A stretch of 64,000 nucleotides of DNA from a virus, in IMG/VR virus record IMGVR_UViG_3300008107_000019, positions 54,288 through 118,287 of that record. One strand, given 5' to 3'. The translations under genes were made by a program, and so were the position numbers. This document shows, one piece after another, positions 9,995-20,022 of this stretch. The first letter of the stretch is position 1. Each line of letters opens with the position of its first letter. The notes beneath the pieces were generated by a model. That model was not told where the DNA came from. It saw nothing but the letters and a program-made list of their open reading frames with translations, and did no database searches.

Positions 9995-12108
9995 TGTCTG
10001 TTGAGACGATAACACAAGAGCAAACTACCACTAATTTTAATCCAAGTATAAGCAATAATAAAACCACTAATATGTTCTCGTTCAGAATAAGTGATGATTT
10101 TTTAGCTTCGTATAAGACAAAGACTCCTCCTTTTGGCTATAAAGATGCTGGCGGAAACTCAGTAGGTGAAATTACATTTCTTCGTACCTATTCGCGCCTA
10201 AAAGAAGACGGGACCAAAGAGACGTGGGTTGACGTATGTGAGAGAGTAATTAATGGAATGTACTCTTTACAGAAAGATCACTGCAAGAGAAATAGACTTC
10301 CATGGAATGATGCCAAGGCACAAGCTTCAGCTAAAGAGGCATTTGACCGTTTGTTTAACCTTAAGTGGACACCACCTGGAAGAGGACTTTGGGTTATGGG
10401 CACGCAGATTGTTAATGTACAGAGAAACTCAGCTGCACTACAAAACTGTGCGTTTGTTTCAACCGCAGAAATGAACAAATTAAATCCAGCAAAACCATTT
10501 GCATTTCTCATGGAGGCGTCAATGCTTGGCGTTGGTGTTGGGTTTGATGACAAAGGTGCAGATAAGGATTTTACAATCTATGAACCATCAAAACCTGTAG
10601 TCACTGAAGCGATAGAGGACAGCAGAGAGGGTTGGGTACAGTCAGTAACCAATCTAATTAACTGCTATCTTAAAGCTGATCAAAACCCAATTGAGTTTGA
10701 CTACTCTCTTGTTCGTCCAGCTGGAACTCCAATTAAAACATTTGGTGGTACTGCATCTGGTCCTGGCCCGCTAATTAAGCTACACAAAGCAATCAACTCT
10801 TTATTTAAGGGCAGAGACGGACAGAAGCTCACTAGAAAAGATATAGCAGATATTGGTAACCTTATTGGAGTTTGCGTAGTGTCTGGAAATGTTAGAAGAT
10901 CAGCAGAGCTTTTGATAGGAAGAATCGATGACGCAGACTTCTTGAACCTTAAAAACGCAGAAGTATTTCCTGAAAGAAATTCGTATGACTCTGAGAATCC
11001 TGGTTGGGGATGGATGTCAAACAATTCGGTTGAAACTTCTGTCGGCCAAGACCTTTCTCCAATTGTAGAGGGAATAGCTAGAAACGGAGAGCCAGGAGTA
11101 ATTTGGCTTGACATGTCAAGAAAGTATGGCCGTTTGGCAGATGCCCCAAACAACAAAGACTGGCGTGTAGCTGGCTATAACCCATGCGCAGAACAGTCCC
11201 TAGAGTCCTATGAGTGTTGCACTCTAGTAGAGACATATCTTAATCGTCACGAAAACCTAGAAGATTATAAGCGTACTCTTAAGTTTGCTTATCTTTATGC
11301 AAAGACAGTAACTCTGCTTCCAACCCATTGGGAAGAGACAAATGCTATCATGCAACGCAACCGTAGAATTGGAACATCAATGTCTGGCGTTGCTAATTTT
11401 GCTGACAGCGTCGGTATGCCAGTGCTTCGTGAGTGGATGGACGAGGGTTATAAGACCGTTAAGAATTACGATACCGTATATTCAGAGTGGCTTGGTATTC
11501 GTGAGTCAATTAAGATGACTACCGTTAAGCCTTCAGGTACAGTTTCAATTCTTGCTGGTGAGTCACCTGGTGTTCACTGGACCCCTGGTGGAAAGTATTT
11601 TGACAGAGCAATTAGATTCTCTAACGATGACCCAATGCTTCCTTTGTTTAAGATGGCAAACTATCGTGTTGAGCCTGCATCTGAATCACCAGATACTACA
11701 AGTGTTGTATTCTTTCCAATTAAGTCAGACGCCAATAGATCTGAAAAAGAAGTGACTATTTTTGAGAAAATGGCTCTTGCAGCAGCAGCTCAAAGATACT
11801 GGTCTGATAACTCTGTTTCTGTTACAATTTCTTTCGACGCAGAAAAAGAAAAAGATTATATTGGTACAGTTCTTCACATGTATGATGGTCAGTTAAAGAC
11901 TGTTTCCTTCCTTCCTGAGGGTAATATGACTTACCCCCAGATGCCATACACTCAGATTACTGAAGAAGAATATGAATCATATACTGGAAAGTTATTCCCA
12001 ATTGATTTCTCTGGAGTCTATGCTGGGATGGCCTCAGATGCAATAGGTGAAAACTACTGCACTACAGATTCATGTGAAATTAAATTTATAAAGGAAAACA
12101 ATAAGTAA
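9991..12108 (+). CDS. nrdJ: Class II (adenosylcobalamin-dependent, monomeric) ribonucleotide reductase
   Basis: Motifs PPGRGLW, LQNCAF, GNVRRSAE, YNPCAEQSL, TTVKPSGTVS and C-terminal CTTDSCE. Confidence 0.93.
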   Translation: MMSVETITQEQTTTNFNPSISNNKTTNMFSFRISDDFLASYKTKTPPFGYKDAGGNSVGEITFLRTYSRLKEDGTKETWVDVCERVINGMYSLQKDHCKRNRLPWNDAKAQASAKEAFDRLFNLKWTPPGRGLWVMGTQIVNVQRNSAALQNCAFVSTAEMNKLNPAKPFAFLMEASMLGVGVGFDDKGADKDFTIYEPSKPVVTEAIEDSREGWVQSVTNLINCYLKADQNPIEFDYSLVRPAGTPIKTFGGTASGPGPLIKLHKAINSLFKGRDGQKLTRKDIADIGNLIGVCVVSGNVRRSAELLIGRIDDADFLNLKNAEVFPERNSYDSENPGWGWMSNNSVETSVGQDLSPIVEGIARNGEPGVIWLDMSRKYGRLADAPNNKDWRVAGYNPCAEQSLESYECCTLVETYLNRHENLEDYKRTLKFAYLYAKTVTLLPTHWEETNAIMQRNRRIGTSMSGVANFADSVGMPVLREWMDEGYKTVKNYDTVYSEWLGIRESIKMTTVKPSGTVSILAGESPGVHWTPGGKYFDRAIRFSNDDPMLPLFKMANYRVEPASESPDTTSVVFFPIKSDANRSEKEVTIFEKMALAAAAQRYWSDNSVSVTISFDAEKEKDYIGTVLHMYDGQLKTVSFLPEGNMTYPQMPYTQITEEEYESYTGKLFPIDFSGVYAGMASDAIGENYCTTDSCEIKFIKENNK

Positions 12109-12117
12109 ACGATAAGT

Positions 12118-12474
12118 ATGTCAGAATTTGAAGATGATGATATAGATAAAATGTTTGAAGAAATAATAGGGTCAGACGGACTAGAGGATATGAAGTCTCA
12201 TGAAGTCGATGCTATTATTAACATAGAAAAAGTTTCCACAGAGATTCTCTTAAAGGAATTGAATTTTATAATTCAATCTCTATCTAGGGCTACTACTCAT
12301 GTTTCCGAATTGGCTATTAGCTTTATGTCAATAGAGGATTATGCCCTAGATGATGATTTAAGAGATCTCTTGGGAACTATCTATAAGTTAACTGAAGATT
12401 TAGATGAATATATGGTAGAATTATTTATAGAAGAATCAGAGTTATTAGAAGAAGAAGATGAAGAAGATGAGTGA
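12118..12474 (+). CDS. Acidic hypothetical protein
   Basis: 118 aa, D/E-rich, operonic. Confidence 0.65.
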   Translation: MSEFEDDDIDKMFEEIIGSDGLEDMKSHEVDAIINIEKVSTEILLKELNFIIQSLSRATTHVSELAISFMSIEDYALDDDLRDLLGTIYKLTEDLDEYMVELFIEESELLEEEDEEDE

Positions 12475-13174
12475 TAATAATTTAGTTACAGTTTTAGATA
12501 ACGGTTACGTACGCCTCGTTGACCATATGGGGTCTGATCTCTCTGTCGTTAATGCGGCAAGAGCTTCTTTTGCAAAAGAAAGTAAAGAGTTTTCTACTAG
12601 CGATGCTAGATTGATAGACTTTTTGGCCAGAGAAAATCATATGTCTCCATTTCGTCACGCCTTTATGACTTTTGAATTTAAGGCTCCATTGATGGTTGCA
12701 CGACAGCATTGGAAATATGTTGTTGGTTCCGATCACACAATGGACTCTTGGAACGAGTCTTCTAGAAGATATGTGACAATGGAGCCAGAGTTTTATATAC
12801 CAAAGTCTGATCAGTGGAGATTAGCTCCAGAAGATAAAAAACAAGGCTCTGCTGGACTGTCTGATCCTTTTACTGGAGCTGCTCTTTCTGAGCAATTGAT
12901 TAGATATATAGAACAAGGTGAGGCATATTACAACCTGGCAATGGAGTCTGGAATTGCTCCAGAACAAGCAAGATTATTCCTTCCGGCATATGCTATGCAT
13001 GTAGTTTACAGATGGTCATGCAGCCTTCAGTCAGCATGTCTTTTCTTAGTGCAGAGACTAGAAGAGCAGGCGCAAGAGGAAATTAGAGACTATGCAGAAG
13101 CAGTCCTTTTGCTTATAAAAGATTTGTATCCTGTGTCCATCAAGGCACTTGTTGGCAAGTACTCATATGCTTGA
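12467..13174 (+). CDS. thyX: FAD-dependent thymidylate synthase
   Basis: Motifs VNAARAS, HMSPFRH, VARQHWKY, NESSRRY, APEQARLFLP, AQEEIRDYA. Confidence 0.92.
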   Translation: MSDNNLVTVLDNGYVRLVDHMGSDLSVVNAARASFAKESKEFSTSDARLIDFLARENHMSPFRHAFMTFEFKAPLMVARQHWKYVVGSDHTMDSWNESSRRYVTMEPEFYIPKSDQWRLAPEDKKQGSAGLSDPFTGAALSEQLIRYIEQGEAYYNLAMESGIAPEQARLFLPAYAMHVVYRWSCSLQSACLFLVQRLEEQAQEEIRDYAEAVLLLIKDLYPVSIKALVGKYSYA

Positions 13175-13327
13175 TGTTTTATATATAATTCTATTTTCCA
13201 TAGCCATTAATTGGATGATTAGCTTGTCTATTCTTTTTCAGGTTACTGAAGATAAGGCAATTAAGATAAGATCTGGTATACTGTTGTTCTTATCGGGAAT
13301 TATTAGTGGGTGTTTGATTTACTTATT

Positions 13328-13786
13328 ATGACTTACGGTGACTTAACAAGAAAAGATCTGCAATACATGCAGATGTGTTATAGTGCAGCTACAATCTTTT
13401 CTACATGTGGAAAGAAGAAATACGCTGCCATATTAGTAGACGAGTACGGTCACATTGTTGGCTTTGGCTATAATGGTGGTCCTAGTGGGTCAGTCCATTG
13501 TGAAGATGGAGGATGTCCTAGATACAAGGAAATGTCTCCTAGCGGATCTAACTACGACAATTGTATTTCTATTCATGCTGAAGCAAATGCCCTTTTGCAT
13601 TCTGACTATAGCTCTAGACCAAGAAAGATATATGTCAACGGACCACCATGTCTTGGTTGCGCTAAGCTAATAGCAAATAGCACAATCACTGATGTTTATT
13701 ATGTAACAGATAATGATTACACTAACTGGGATAACATAGAAACATTCCTTAATTCATGTAATATACAAACCCATAGGATAAAATAG
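13328..13786 (+). CDS. dCMP deaminase family protein
   Basis: GYNG, HAEANAL and PPCxxC zinc motifs. Confidence 0.88.
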   Translation: MTYGDLTRKDLQYMQMCYSAATIFSTCGKKKYAAILVDEYGHIVGFGYNGGPSGSVHCEDGGCPRYKEMSPSGSNYDNCISIHAEANALLHSDYSSRPRKIYVNGPPCLGCAKLIANSTITDVYYVTDNDYTNWDNIETFLNSCNIQTHRIK

Positions 13787-14031
13787 TGGCTGCATCAAAA
13801 GTAAACTATATAGTTATTTACGCTGGACACAGTCAGGTGTATGGGTGCTCTTCAAAGAAGATAGCATTGGAATCTGCTCCTCCAGAAGGGTGTTCTTTAT
13901 CTGATAAAAAGGTGTTATTTATAACATTTGAGCCTGATACAAATCAACTTTCAGTATATAAAGTCGATGATGATGAGGTTATCAATGCTGATATAAAGCT
14001 AAAAAAAGAGAAAAAAACAGAAAATGAGTAA
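13786..14031 (+). CDS. Hypothetical protein
   Basis: Operonic ORF overlapping neighbours by a few nt. Confidence 0.6.
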   Translation: MAASKVNYIVIYAGHSQVYGCSSKKIALESAPPEGCSLSDKKVLFITFEPDTNQLSVYKVDDDEVINADIKLKKEKKTENE

Positions 14032-14263
14032 GAAAAATTCCTACAAAAAAAAGATAAACGTAAAACTTTTACCAGGACAAGCTGCATTTGTTGCTGATTT
14101 AGAAACACTTCAACATATCATAGATACATATAAGTATTTATCTGAGTCAGCTGAAACAAAGCAAGAGAAAGAATCTTGGTTAGCAATCTGTGAAGATATA
14201 GCTTACTGGATAAACGAAACATACTATTCGGATCAGGACAATGGACAAGAAGAAGAATGGTAA
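14024..14263 (+). CDS. Hypothetical protein
   Basis: Operonic ORF. Confidence 0.6.
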   Translation: MSKKNSYKKKINVKLLPGQAAFVADLETLQHIIDTYKYLSESAETKQEKESWLAICEDIAYWINETYYSDQDNGQEEEW

Positions 14264-14525
14264 AGTTTTAGTTTTTTTATTAGGATGCTTTTCTGTAGGT
14301 CTAATAGCTGGATCTATCAGTAAAAATAAGTTTAAGAAAAACTTTATTAACAACCCTCTAACAATAGAGAACTACGTAAATAGACTTTCTGAGTTTGATT
14401 TAACACCGCAAAAAGAAGCCTCTGAGCTATTCTTTGATCTTATCTCTAGTGGTTTTAATGCACAAAAAGCTTTTGAAGTAGTACAAAAAGAATGTATTGA
14501 AGCTGGAGAAAAATTTTATGATTGA
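14241..14525 (+). CDS. Hypothetical protein with N-terminal TM helix
   Basis: VLVFLLGCFSVGLIAGSI segment. Confidence 0.6.
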   Translation: MDKKKNGKVLVFLLGCFSVGLIAGSISKNKFKKNFINNPLTIENYVNRLSEFDLTPQKEASELFFDLISSGFNAQKAFEVVQKECIEAGEKFYD

Positions 14526-15333
14526 TTTATGTGTTGTAAACCATAACACAAGAACACTGTTGCAAAGATTTTTGGACACCTTGCACTCAGACATGTATGG
14601 TCCAAATGGCGCGCTCGCAAAAAACTGGAATCTTTACATTATGGATAATGATTCTACGGATGACTTTGTTCCATGGCTTAGAAAAAACGAACAACGCTAT
14701 TGGATTAATAGAACCTATTTAAGAGAAAACGTAGGCTATTCCGCTGCCATTAACTATATGGCTAAAACAAGCAGCGCAGAAATTGTAGGTGTCTTAAACG
14801 GCGACGTATGGATGACTAGCGAAGACTGTTTGAATATAGAAAAGATCTTTGCAAATAATCCTGATATTCACATTCTTGGCCCTAAGCAGAGAGATGAAAA
14901 TGGCTACATAACACATGCAGGGATTATTGGATCAAATACCGCTCCAAAACATAGAGGCTGGAGAGAGCATGATCCTGAAGATGTACTGTATAAAGATCAA
15001 ATAGATTGTGTAACAGTATCAGGTTCTGCCTACTTTGTTAGAAGAGATGTGTGGGATACTCTAACTAATAACCCTAAATATAGAGAGTTATATCCAGATG
15101 CAGTAGGCGCATTCTTACCCACGCCTCATTATTACGAGGAAACCTGGTGTTCATATTTTGCAAGACATTTAGGATATAATGTAGTTTATGATGGTTCTGT
15201 TTCCATAGGACATAGCTGGCATGCATCAACTCCACGACCAGGCCAAGGAGTAAGCCAAGCAGATAGATATTTTCCTATCTCTAGAGAAATTTTTAGAAAA
15301 GCATGTGATTACATGGGCATAGAAAGAGATTAG
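14518..15333 (+). CDS. GT2-family glycosyltransferase
   Basis: VVNHN, DNDSTD, ENVGYSAAIN, LNGD, VSGSAYFVRR, YYEET motifs. Confidence 0.85.
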   Translation: MIDLCVVNHNTRTLLQRFLDTLHSDMYGPNGALAKNWNLYIMDNDSTDDFVPWLRKNEQRYWINRTYLRENVGYSAAINYMAKTSSAEIVGVLNGDVWMTSEDCLNIEKIFANNPDIHILGPKQRDENGYITHAGIIGSNTAPKHRGWREHDPEDVLYKDQIDCVTVSGSAYFVRRDVWDTLTNNPKYRELYPDAVGAFLPTPHYYEETWCSYFARHLGYNVVYDGSVSIGHSWHASTPRPGQGVSQADRYFPISREIFRKACDYMGIERD

Positions 15334-15334
15334 T

Positions 15335-15730
15335 ATGAGCGATAAATTAAATCCTTGGATATACAATGCAGAAGTAAAAAAGGTTATTGACGGAGATACA
15401 TTTGATATCGTTATTGACCTTGGCTTTGACACTCTTAAGAAGGGTAGAGTTCGATTATATGGCGTGAACACACCAGAAAGCAGAACTTCTAATGTGGAAG
15501 AAAAAAAGCAGGGATTAGCTGCAAAAGAATTTACTGATCAGTGGCTTCAAAAAGCAGGAAGCTGGGTAAAAATAGAAACAATTATTGACAAGAACGAAAA
15601 GTATGGTAGAGTCTTAGCCAAGGTTTGGGATAATGCTGGCAACTGTCTAAATACAGATATTATTGCAGCTGGACTGGCTAGAGAATACTATGGCGTTGGC
15701 GATAAAACCTGGACTGAATTTAAAAAGTAA
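15335..15730 (+). CDS. Thermonuclease (SNase-like)
   Basis: VIDGDT, RLYGVNTPE, KYGRVLA, GLAREY. Confidence 0.88.
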   Translation: MSDKLNPWIYNAEVKKVIDGDTFDIVIDLGFDTLKKGRVRLYGVNTPESRTSNVEEKKQGLAAKEFTDQWLQKAGSWVKIETIIDKNEKYGRVLAKVWDNAGNCLNTDIIAAGLAREYYGVGDKTWTEFKK

Positions 15731-15731
15731 A

Positions 15732-16928
15732 ATGCTTGTAACTGATTTAGAAATACCATTTGTCAAACACACATATACAAGAAAAGAACAAAGACAAGAA
15801 ACTTTTCAATTAAGAGAGAAAAGTTGGATTGGCAAAAATAATATAGGTTATGTTCTCTTTAGAAATGAAGACATTAATCACGTACTAAGAGATGGTCGTT
15901 GGCACACAGCCATAGGTCTTTTGGCTGATATAAATCCAAATCTTACTGTTGAGTTTAAAAACAGAAGAAAAAAAGGATTAATGGCTTTAAATGGTGAAGC
16001 ACATGCTAAGTTGAAGAAGTTAGTAATGCCAGCTTTCAATGCAACTCATGTCAATAGCATAAGACCTTTTATGAATCATCTAATGGGCGAACTACTACAT
16101 TCTCTAAGTGAAAAAAAAGAAATAGACTTACAAAAGGATATATTTAATTATTATCCTATTCCAATACTATGTAAACTTTTTGGAATACCAAGTGAAGACT
16201 GGGAACTTTTTAGTGACTGGTCTCATTTAATGTTTAATATATTTAATCTAAATGGAGAAATTGATCAAAAAAAAGTAGCATCTGCTCAAAATCTTTTTGA
16301 CGAATACACGACTGAGCTGATAAAGAATAAAAGAAAAAATTTAACAGATGATCTTTTATCTGATTTAATTAGATCAGAGCAAGACGGTGACAAACTGTCT
16401 AACGAAGAGCTGACTATGCTGATTGAAATAATTATAGCTAGTGGAATAGACACAACTAGATGTCAGCTAGGTCTTTTTACTAGAACTCTTTTAGAAAATA
16501 ATCTTTTTAATAAAGATATGAATTTTTCTTTAGATGAAATAATTAGACACGACTCAGTTTTAAGAGGAACCGTAAGAATAGCTTCTACCGATATAGAATA
16601 TCGTGGAATTGTTTTTCCTAAAGGAACTCTTGTTTATTTAAATATTGTGTCTGCAAACTTTGATGACCTAGTATTTAATGATCCATTATCAATAATTAAC
16701 AACAGAAAAGACTTTAATAAAACATTGTCTTTTGGAGCCGGATTACATTACTGCTTAGGTGCTGCATTAGCAAAAGCAGAAATAGAAGAGGGAATAAGTG
16801 TGTTAATAGGTCAATTAGCTGATAGAATAGATTCTTGGGAGGCAGAAAATCTGCCTGTAACATCAGTAATTAATGGCTTAAGTTCACTAAAGGTTAGATT
16901 AAATGCAAACATTTCTTCCATATCCTGA
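15732..16928 (+). CDS. Cytochrome P450
   Basis: Heme-binding FGAGLHYCLG, I-helix ASGIDTT, ExxR (EIIR), DLLSDL. Confidence 0.92.
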   Translation: MLVTDLEIPFVKHTYTRKEQRQETFQLREKSWIGKNNIGYVLFRNEDINHVLRDGRWHTAIGLLADINPNLTVEFKNRRKKGLMALNGEAHAKLKKLVMPAFNATHVNSIRPFMNHLMGELLHSLSEKKEIDLQKDIFNYYPIPILCKLFGIPSEDWELFSDWSHLMFNIFNLNGEIDQKKVASAQNLFDEYTTELIKNKRKNLTDDLLSDLIRSEQDGDKLSNEELTMLIEIIIASGIDTTRCQLGLFTRTLLENNLFNKDMNFSLDEIIRHDSVLRGTVRIASTDIEYRGIVFPKGTLVYLNIVSANFDDLVFNDPLSIINNRKDFNKTLSFGAGLHYCLGAALAKAEIEEGISVLIGQLADRIDSWEAENLPVTSVINGLSSLKVRLNANISSIS

Positions 16929-17307
16929 TTTTATTCAATCAGTAAAAGTGCTAGACTACCGTCGGCTAGGAAAACAGCGTGTTGAAACTTTTCAAGTTCT
17001 CAATATTCTCTTAGATAGAACTCCAACAAAAGGTTGGAGAAATCACCCAGTAACAAAAATGTGGACTGGCTATGAAGAAGCTCTAAAGTTATATCAAAAT
17101 TTTACCATTCTAGAATGGATAGATAGAGGATATAAAAACACAATGAAATTTGAACACATAGATCATTCATCATTAAAATATCCGGAATGGTTTGGTAAAG
17201 AAGAGTTTCATAAATCACACAGATCAAATCTTCTTAGAAAAGACTATGAATATTATTCTCAATACTTTGACGATCCAGCTGATTTAGAGTATTATTGGCC
17301 TTCATGA
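16903..17307 (+). CDS. Pyrimidine-dimer DNA glycosylase / MSMEG_6728-like protein
   Basis: MQTFLPY, LDYRRLGKQRVE, GWRNHP, MWTGYE, SHRSNLLRKD. Confidence 0.8.
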   Translation: MQTFLPYPDFIQSVKVLDYRRLGKQRVETFQVLNILLDRTPTKGWRNHPVTKMWTGYEEALKLYQNFTILEWIDRGYKNTMKFEHIDHSSLKYPEWFGKEEFHKSHRSNLLRKDYEYYSQYFDDPADLEYYWPS

Positions 17308-17708
17308 GTATTACAGTATATTTAGCAGGAGCGATGGACTATGTTGGCGACTATGCCAAAGGTTGGCGTCAAGAAGCTGCGTTTTTACTTTCCCAAAGAG
17401 GGTACAGAACCTTGGATCCAACTTCTATCCCAGAAGATTATTCAATGACGCCAGAGGAAATTGCACAAAAAAATCTCTTCATGCAGAAGAAATGTGATTT
17501 ATTGCTGGTAGAATACATGCTAGAAGATAGAGCTTACATAGGTACAGATTTTGAAATGGCTTGGGCTAAAATGCACAATCAACCCACCATAGTTATGTGC
17601 TCTAATCAAAATAAAGATCGACCATATATGAAATATATGGCCACAAAGCTTGCAGATAACCTGCAAGATGCTATAGAATATATAGCAATCCATTATCCAA
17701 CTAACTAA
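17304..17708 (+). CDS. Nucleoside 2-deoxyribosyltransferase-like protein
   Basis: VYLAGAM, WR, CDLLLV, GTDFEMAWA. Confidence 0.75.
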   Translation: MSITVYLAGAMDYVGDYAKGWRQEAAFLLSQRGYRTLDPTSIPEDYSMTPEEIAQKNLFMQKKCDLLLVEYMLEDRAYIGTDFEMAWAKMHNQPTIVMCSNQNKDRPYMKYMATKLADNLQDAIEYIAIHYPTN

Positions 17709-17725
17709 CAAAAGGAATAAATAAA

Positions 17726-17908
17726 ATGTCAGAGAACAAGTTCAAGTACTTTACTGTAACGACAACTACTTTGGTAAAGGCAAATAGCAAGACCGATGCT
17801 CAGAAGCTTGCTATGGGTCGCCGTGGCGTTACTGGTGAGGTCATGTTCAAGGATGTTGAAATCGAGCGAATCTCAGCTGTTGAGGCTCGCGAGCAGATCA
17901 TCGCCTGA
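17726..17908 (+). CDS. Small hypothetical protein
   Basis: AAGGA SD, followed by a hairpin. Confidence 0.65.
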   Translation: MSENKFKYFTVTTTTLVKANSKTDAQKLAMGRRGVTGEVMFKDVEIERISAVEAREQIIA

Positions 17909-17924
17909 TTGTAGTATTGTCCTT

Positions 17925-17952
17925 AGGGGAGGGTCGGTTTCGGCCCTCCCCT
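17925..17952 (+). terminator. GC-rich hairpin, probable terminator
   Basis: AGGGGAGGGTCG-GTTT-CGGCCCTCCCCT; weak U tail. Confidence 0.6.
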
Positions 17953-17974
17953 TACCCTATAGAAAGATAAGCAT

Positions 17975-18667
17975 ATGATATATGCACAAATGGTTGGAAG
18001 AAATGAATCTTCCAGATTTCTAGAGCCAGTTCTAGAAAGACTATCTACTCAGGTAGATAAAATAATTTTTACTGACGACTGTTCAACAGATGATACCGCA
18101 GAAGTAGCATCTAAATATGCTGAGGTGTTTACTACGCCAGAGCCAATGTTTACAAAACACGAAGGCCAACTTAGAGCTTTTGCTTGGGGTAACTTAGAAA
18201 AGTTTGCATCTCCAGGTGATTGGGTTATCGCTATAGATTGTGATGAAAAGCTCTACCATGTAGATGATCTAAATATTAGATCAGTTTTAGCTAAGTCTCA
18301 ATTTGATGTTGTAAACGTTCGCTTTTATCATATGTGGAGTGAAACACATTACAGAGTAGATAAACTTTGGGCACCTAATAACTCATCAAGAATCTTTAGA
18401 TTTAAAGAAGGTGCTGGATTCCAAAACAAGGCACTTGCGTGTGGTTCTGAGCCAACATATGTTCCTCAGTGGATTCGTCAAAGAAACTACTGGGTAGACT
18501 CAGGTCTGATAATGCAGCATCTCGGTTATACTTATGATGAAGATAAAAAGTCTAAGTATGAGAGATACTCTACATTAGACGGTGGACAGTTTCATGCTTT
18601 AAATCATATTAATTCTATAATAGATCCTAATCCAGTATTAATTCAATGGGGAAACTTCGGTATTTAA
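17975..18667 (+). CDS. GT2-family glycosyltransferase
   Basis: RNE, DDCSTDDT, WVIAIDCDE, HLGY. Confidence 0.82.
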   Translation: MIYAQMVGRNESSRFLEPVLERLSTQVDKIIFTDDCSTDDTAEVASKYAEVFTTPEPMFTKHEGQLRAFAWGNLEKFASPGDWVIAIDCDEKLYHVDDLNIRSVLAKSQFDVVNVRFYHMWSETHYRVDKLWAPNNSSRIFRFKEGAGFQNKALACGSEPTYVPQWIRQRNYWVDSGLIMQHLGYTYDEDKKSKYERYSTLDGGQFHALNHINSIIDPNPVLIQWGNFGI

Positions 18668-18668
18668 A

Positions 18669-19382
18669 ATGAAAGACAATAACTTAATATTAGATCCAGT
18701 CAAGTCAATTGTAGACTTGACATATAAGATGGAACAGAAAAAGAAGTTTGCATATGTAAACATCTCTCGTTCCGCTATCAATTTAATGCTTCATAATAGC
18801 GATAAGAAGCCCCCAAAATACTTTGTCAAGTCATTAACAAAGTGTATGAATATTCAGGATCCAAACTTTCTAAAAGCTATTCCTGTTGAATTTTCTGAAG
18901 AAATTGAACAAGGTAAGCTAGCTGAGTTTGGCCTACAGAACGGTAGTAGTTACTACGATGCTGGAATGTTTGAATATTTTTTTGCAAACAAAAAAGAAGT
19001 AATAGACATATTTATTAATCATTATATTAGGGAGTCAAAGAATGTCGTTTTATCTTTTCATGATAAGAAAACTGTTCAAAAAGTTTTTGGGCAAAATCAA
19101 TATGTAGTTTCTGTTCCATATAATAATTACTACGATAAGCTTGACTCAATAGTTGCCCAAGTTTCAGAGTTTGAGGGTGGAGTAGATAGCTGCATTTTAG
19201 ATTGCCCAATGCTAGCTACAGCAGTAGCTCCTAAGCTATGGGAAAATTTGGATATGTCTATACTTGACTTTGGTAAAATTATTAGCTCTGTTAGATTTCT
19301 TGCTATGCAAAACGCAGAAAAAGAAAAGTCAGATGTAGATTCAAAGAAGAAGTTTTACAAAAAGCGTAATGAAAAAAGATAA
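18669..19382 (+). CDS. Hypothetical protein, possibly GT-D-fold
   Basis: Adjacent to a GT2 gene; C-terminal ILDFG resembles the GT-D (DUF1792) end. Weak. Confidence 0.45.
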   Translation: MKDNNLILDPVKSIVDLTYKMEQKKKFAYVNISRSAINLMLHNSDKKPPKYFVKSLTKCMNIQDPNFLKAIPVEFSEEIEQGKLAEFGLQNGSSYYDAGMFEYFFANKKEVIDIFINHYIRESKNVVLSFHDKKTVQKVFGQNQYVVSVPYNNYYDKLDSIVAQVSEFEGGVDSCILDCPMLATAVAPKLWENLDMSILDFGKIISSVRFLAMQNAEKEKSDVDSKKKFYKKRNEKR

Positions 19383-20022
19383 TTGGGATGAAGAAATAGA
19401 CAACACTGAATACATGGTTGATCTATTATTTGACACCTCATTAAGCTTGAATGAAATAGCTAAAGAAGTTGGTTGGCCCCTAGCAAAGGTAAACCAAAAG
19501 ATTAACCAGCTTGGTTTATCTTGGTTAAAAAACTCTAGAAAAAAAATGTCTAGGGGTCAAACAGCTCTTACTGCGATCATGCAAAAACTTCTTCCAGGAG
19601 AAAAAGTAATTAATGAATTTGTCCTAGGTGACAAGTTGAGACTAGATGTGTACTGCCCATCATATAAAGTTGGGGCAGAGTATCACGGTAGACAGCATTT
19701 CTTTTATACTGCTAAATTCTTTAATTCTAAATATGAGTTTGAAGAAGCTCAGAAAAGAGATCAGAAAAAGATTGAACTGTGTAAAGAAATGGGCATAGCC
19801 TTAATCATTTTCCGCTATAATGATATGCTCACAGAACAGGCAGTTTACGATAGATTGTTAGATGCTATAAGAAATTCTCCTTTTAAAAAAGAAGAAAAAG
19901 AAAAGAATAAGTTCTACTCCAGTAAGGCTTATTTAGACTCAAAGAAGCGTCGTTCTGAGCTTAGAAAAAAAGCATACAGAGAGTTAAAACAACAGAGAAA
20001 AAATAACAATGGAAAGACCTGA
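19369..20022 (+). CDS. HTH plus DUF559/Vsr-like endonuclease domain protein
   Basis: SLNEIAKEVG HTH; LRLDVY, AEYHGRQH, RDQKKIELC. Confidence 0.7.
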   Translation: MKKDNWDEEIDNTEYMVDLLFDTSLSLNEIAKEVGWPLAKVNQKINQLGLSWLKNSRKKMSRGQTALTAIMQKLLPGEKVINEFVLGDKLRLDVYCPSYKVGAEYHGRQHFFYTAKFFNSKYEFEEAQKRDQKKIELCKEMGIALIIFRYNDMLTEQAVYDRLLDAIRNSPFKKEEKEKNKFYSSKAYLDSKKRRSELRKKAYRELKQQRKNNNGKT

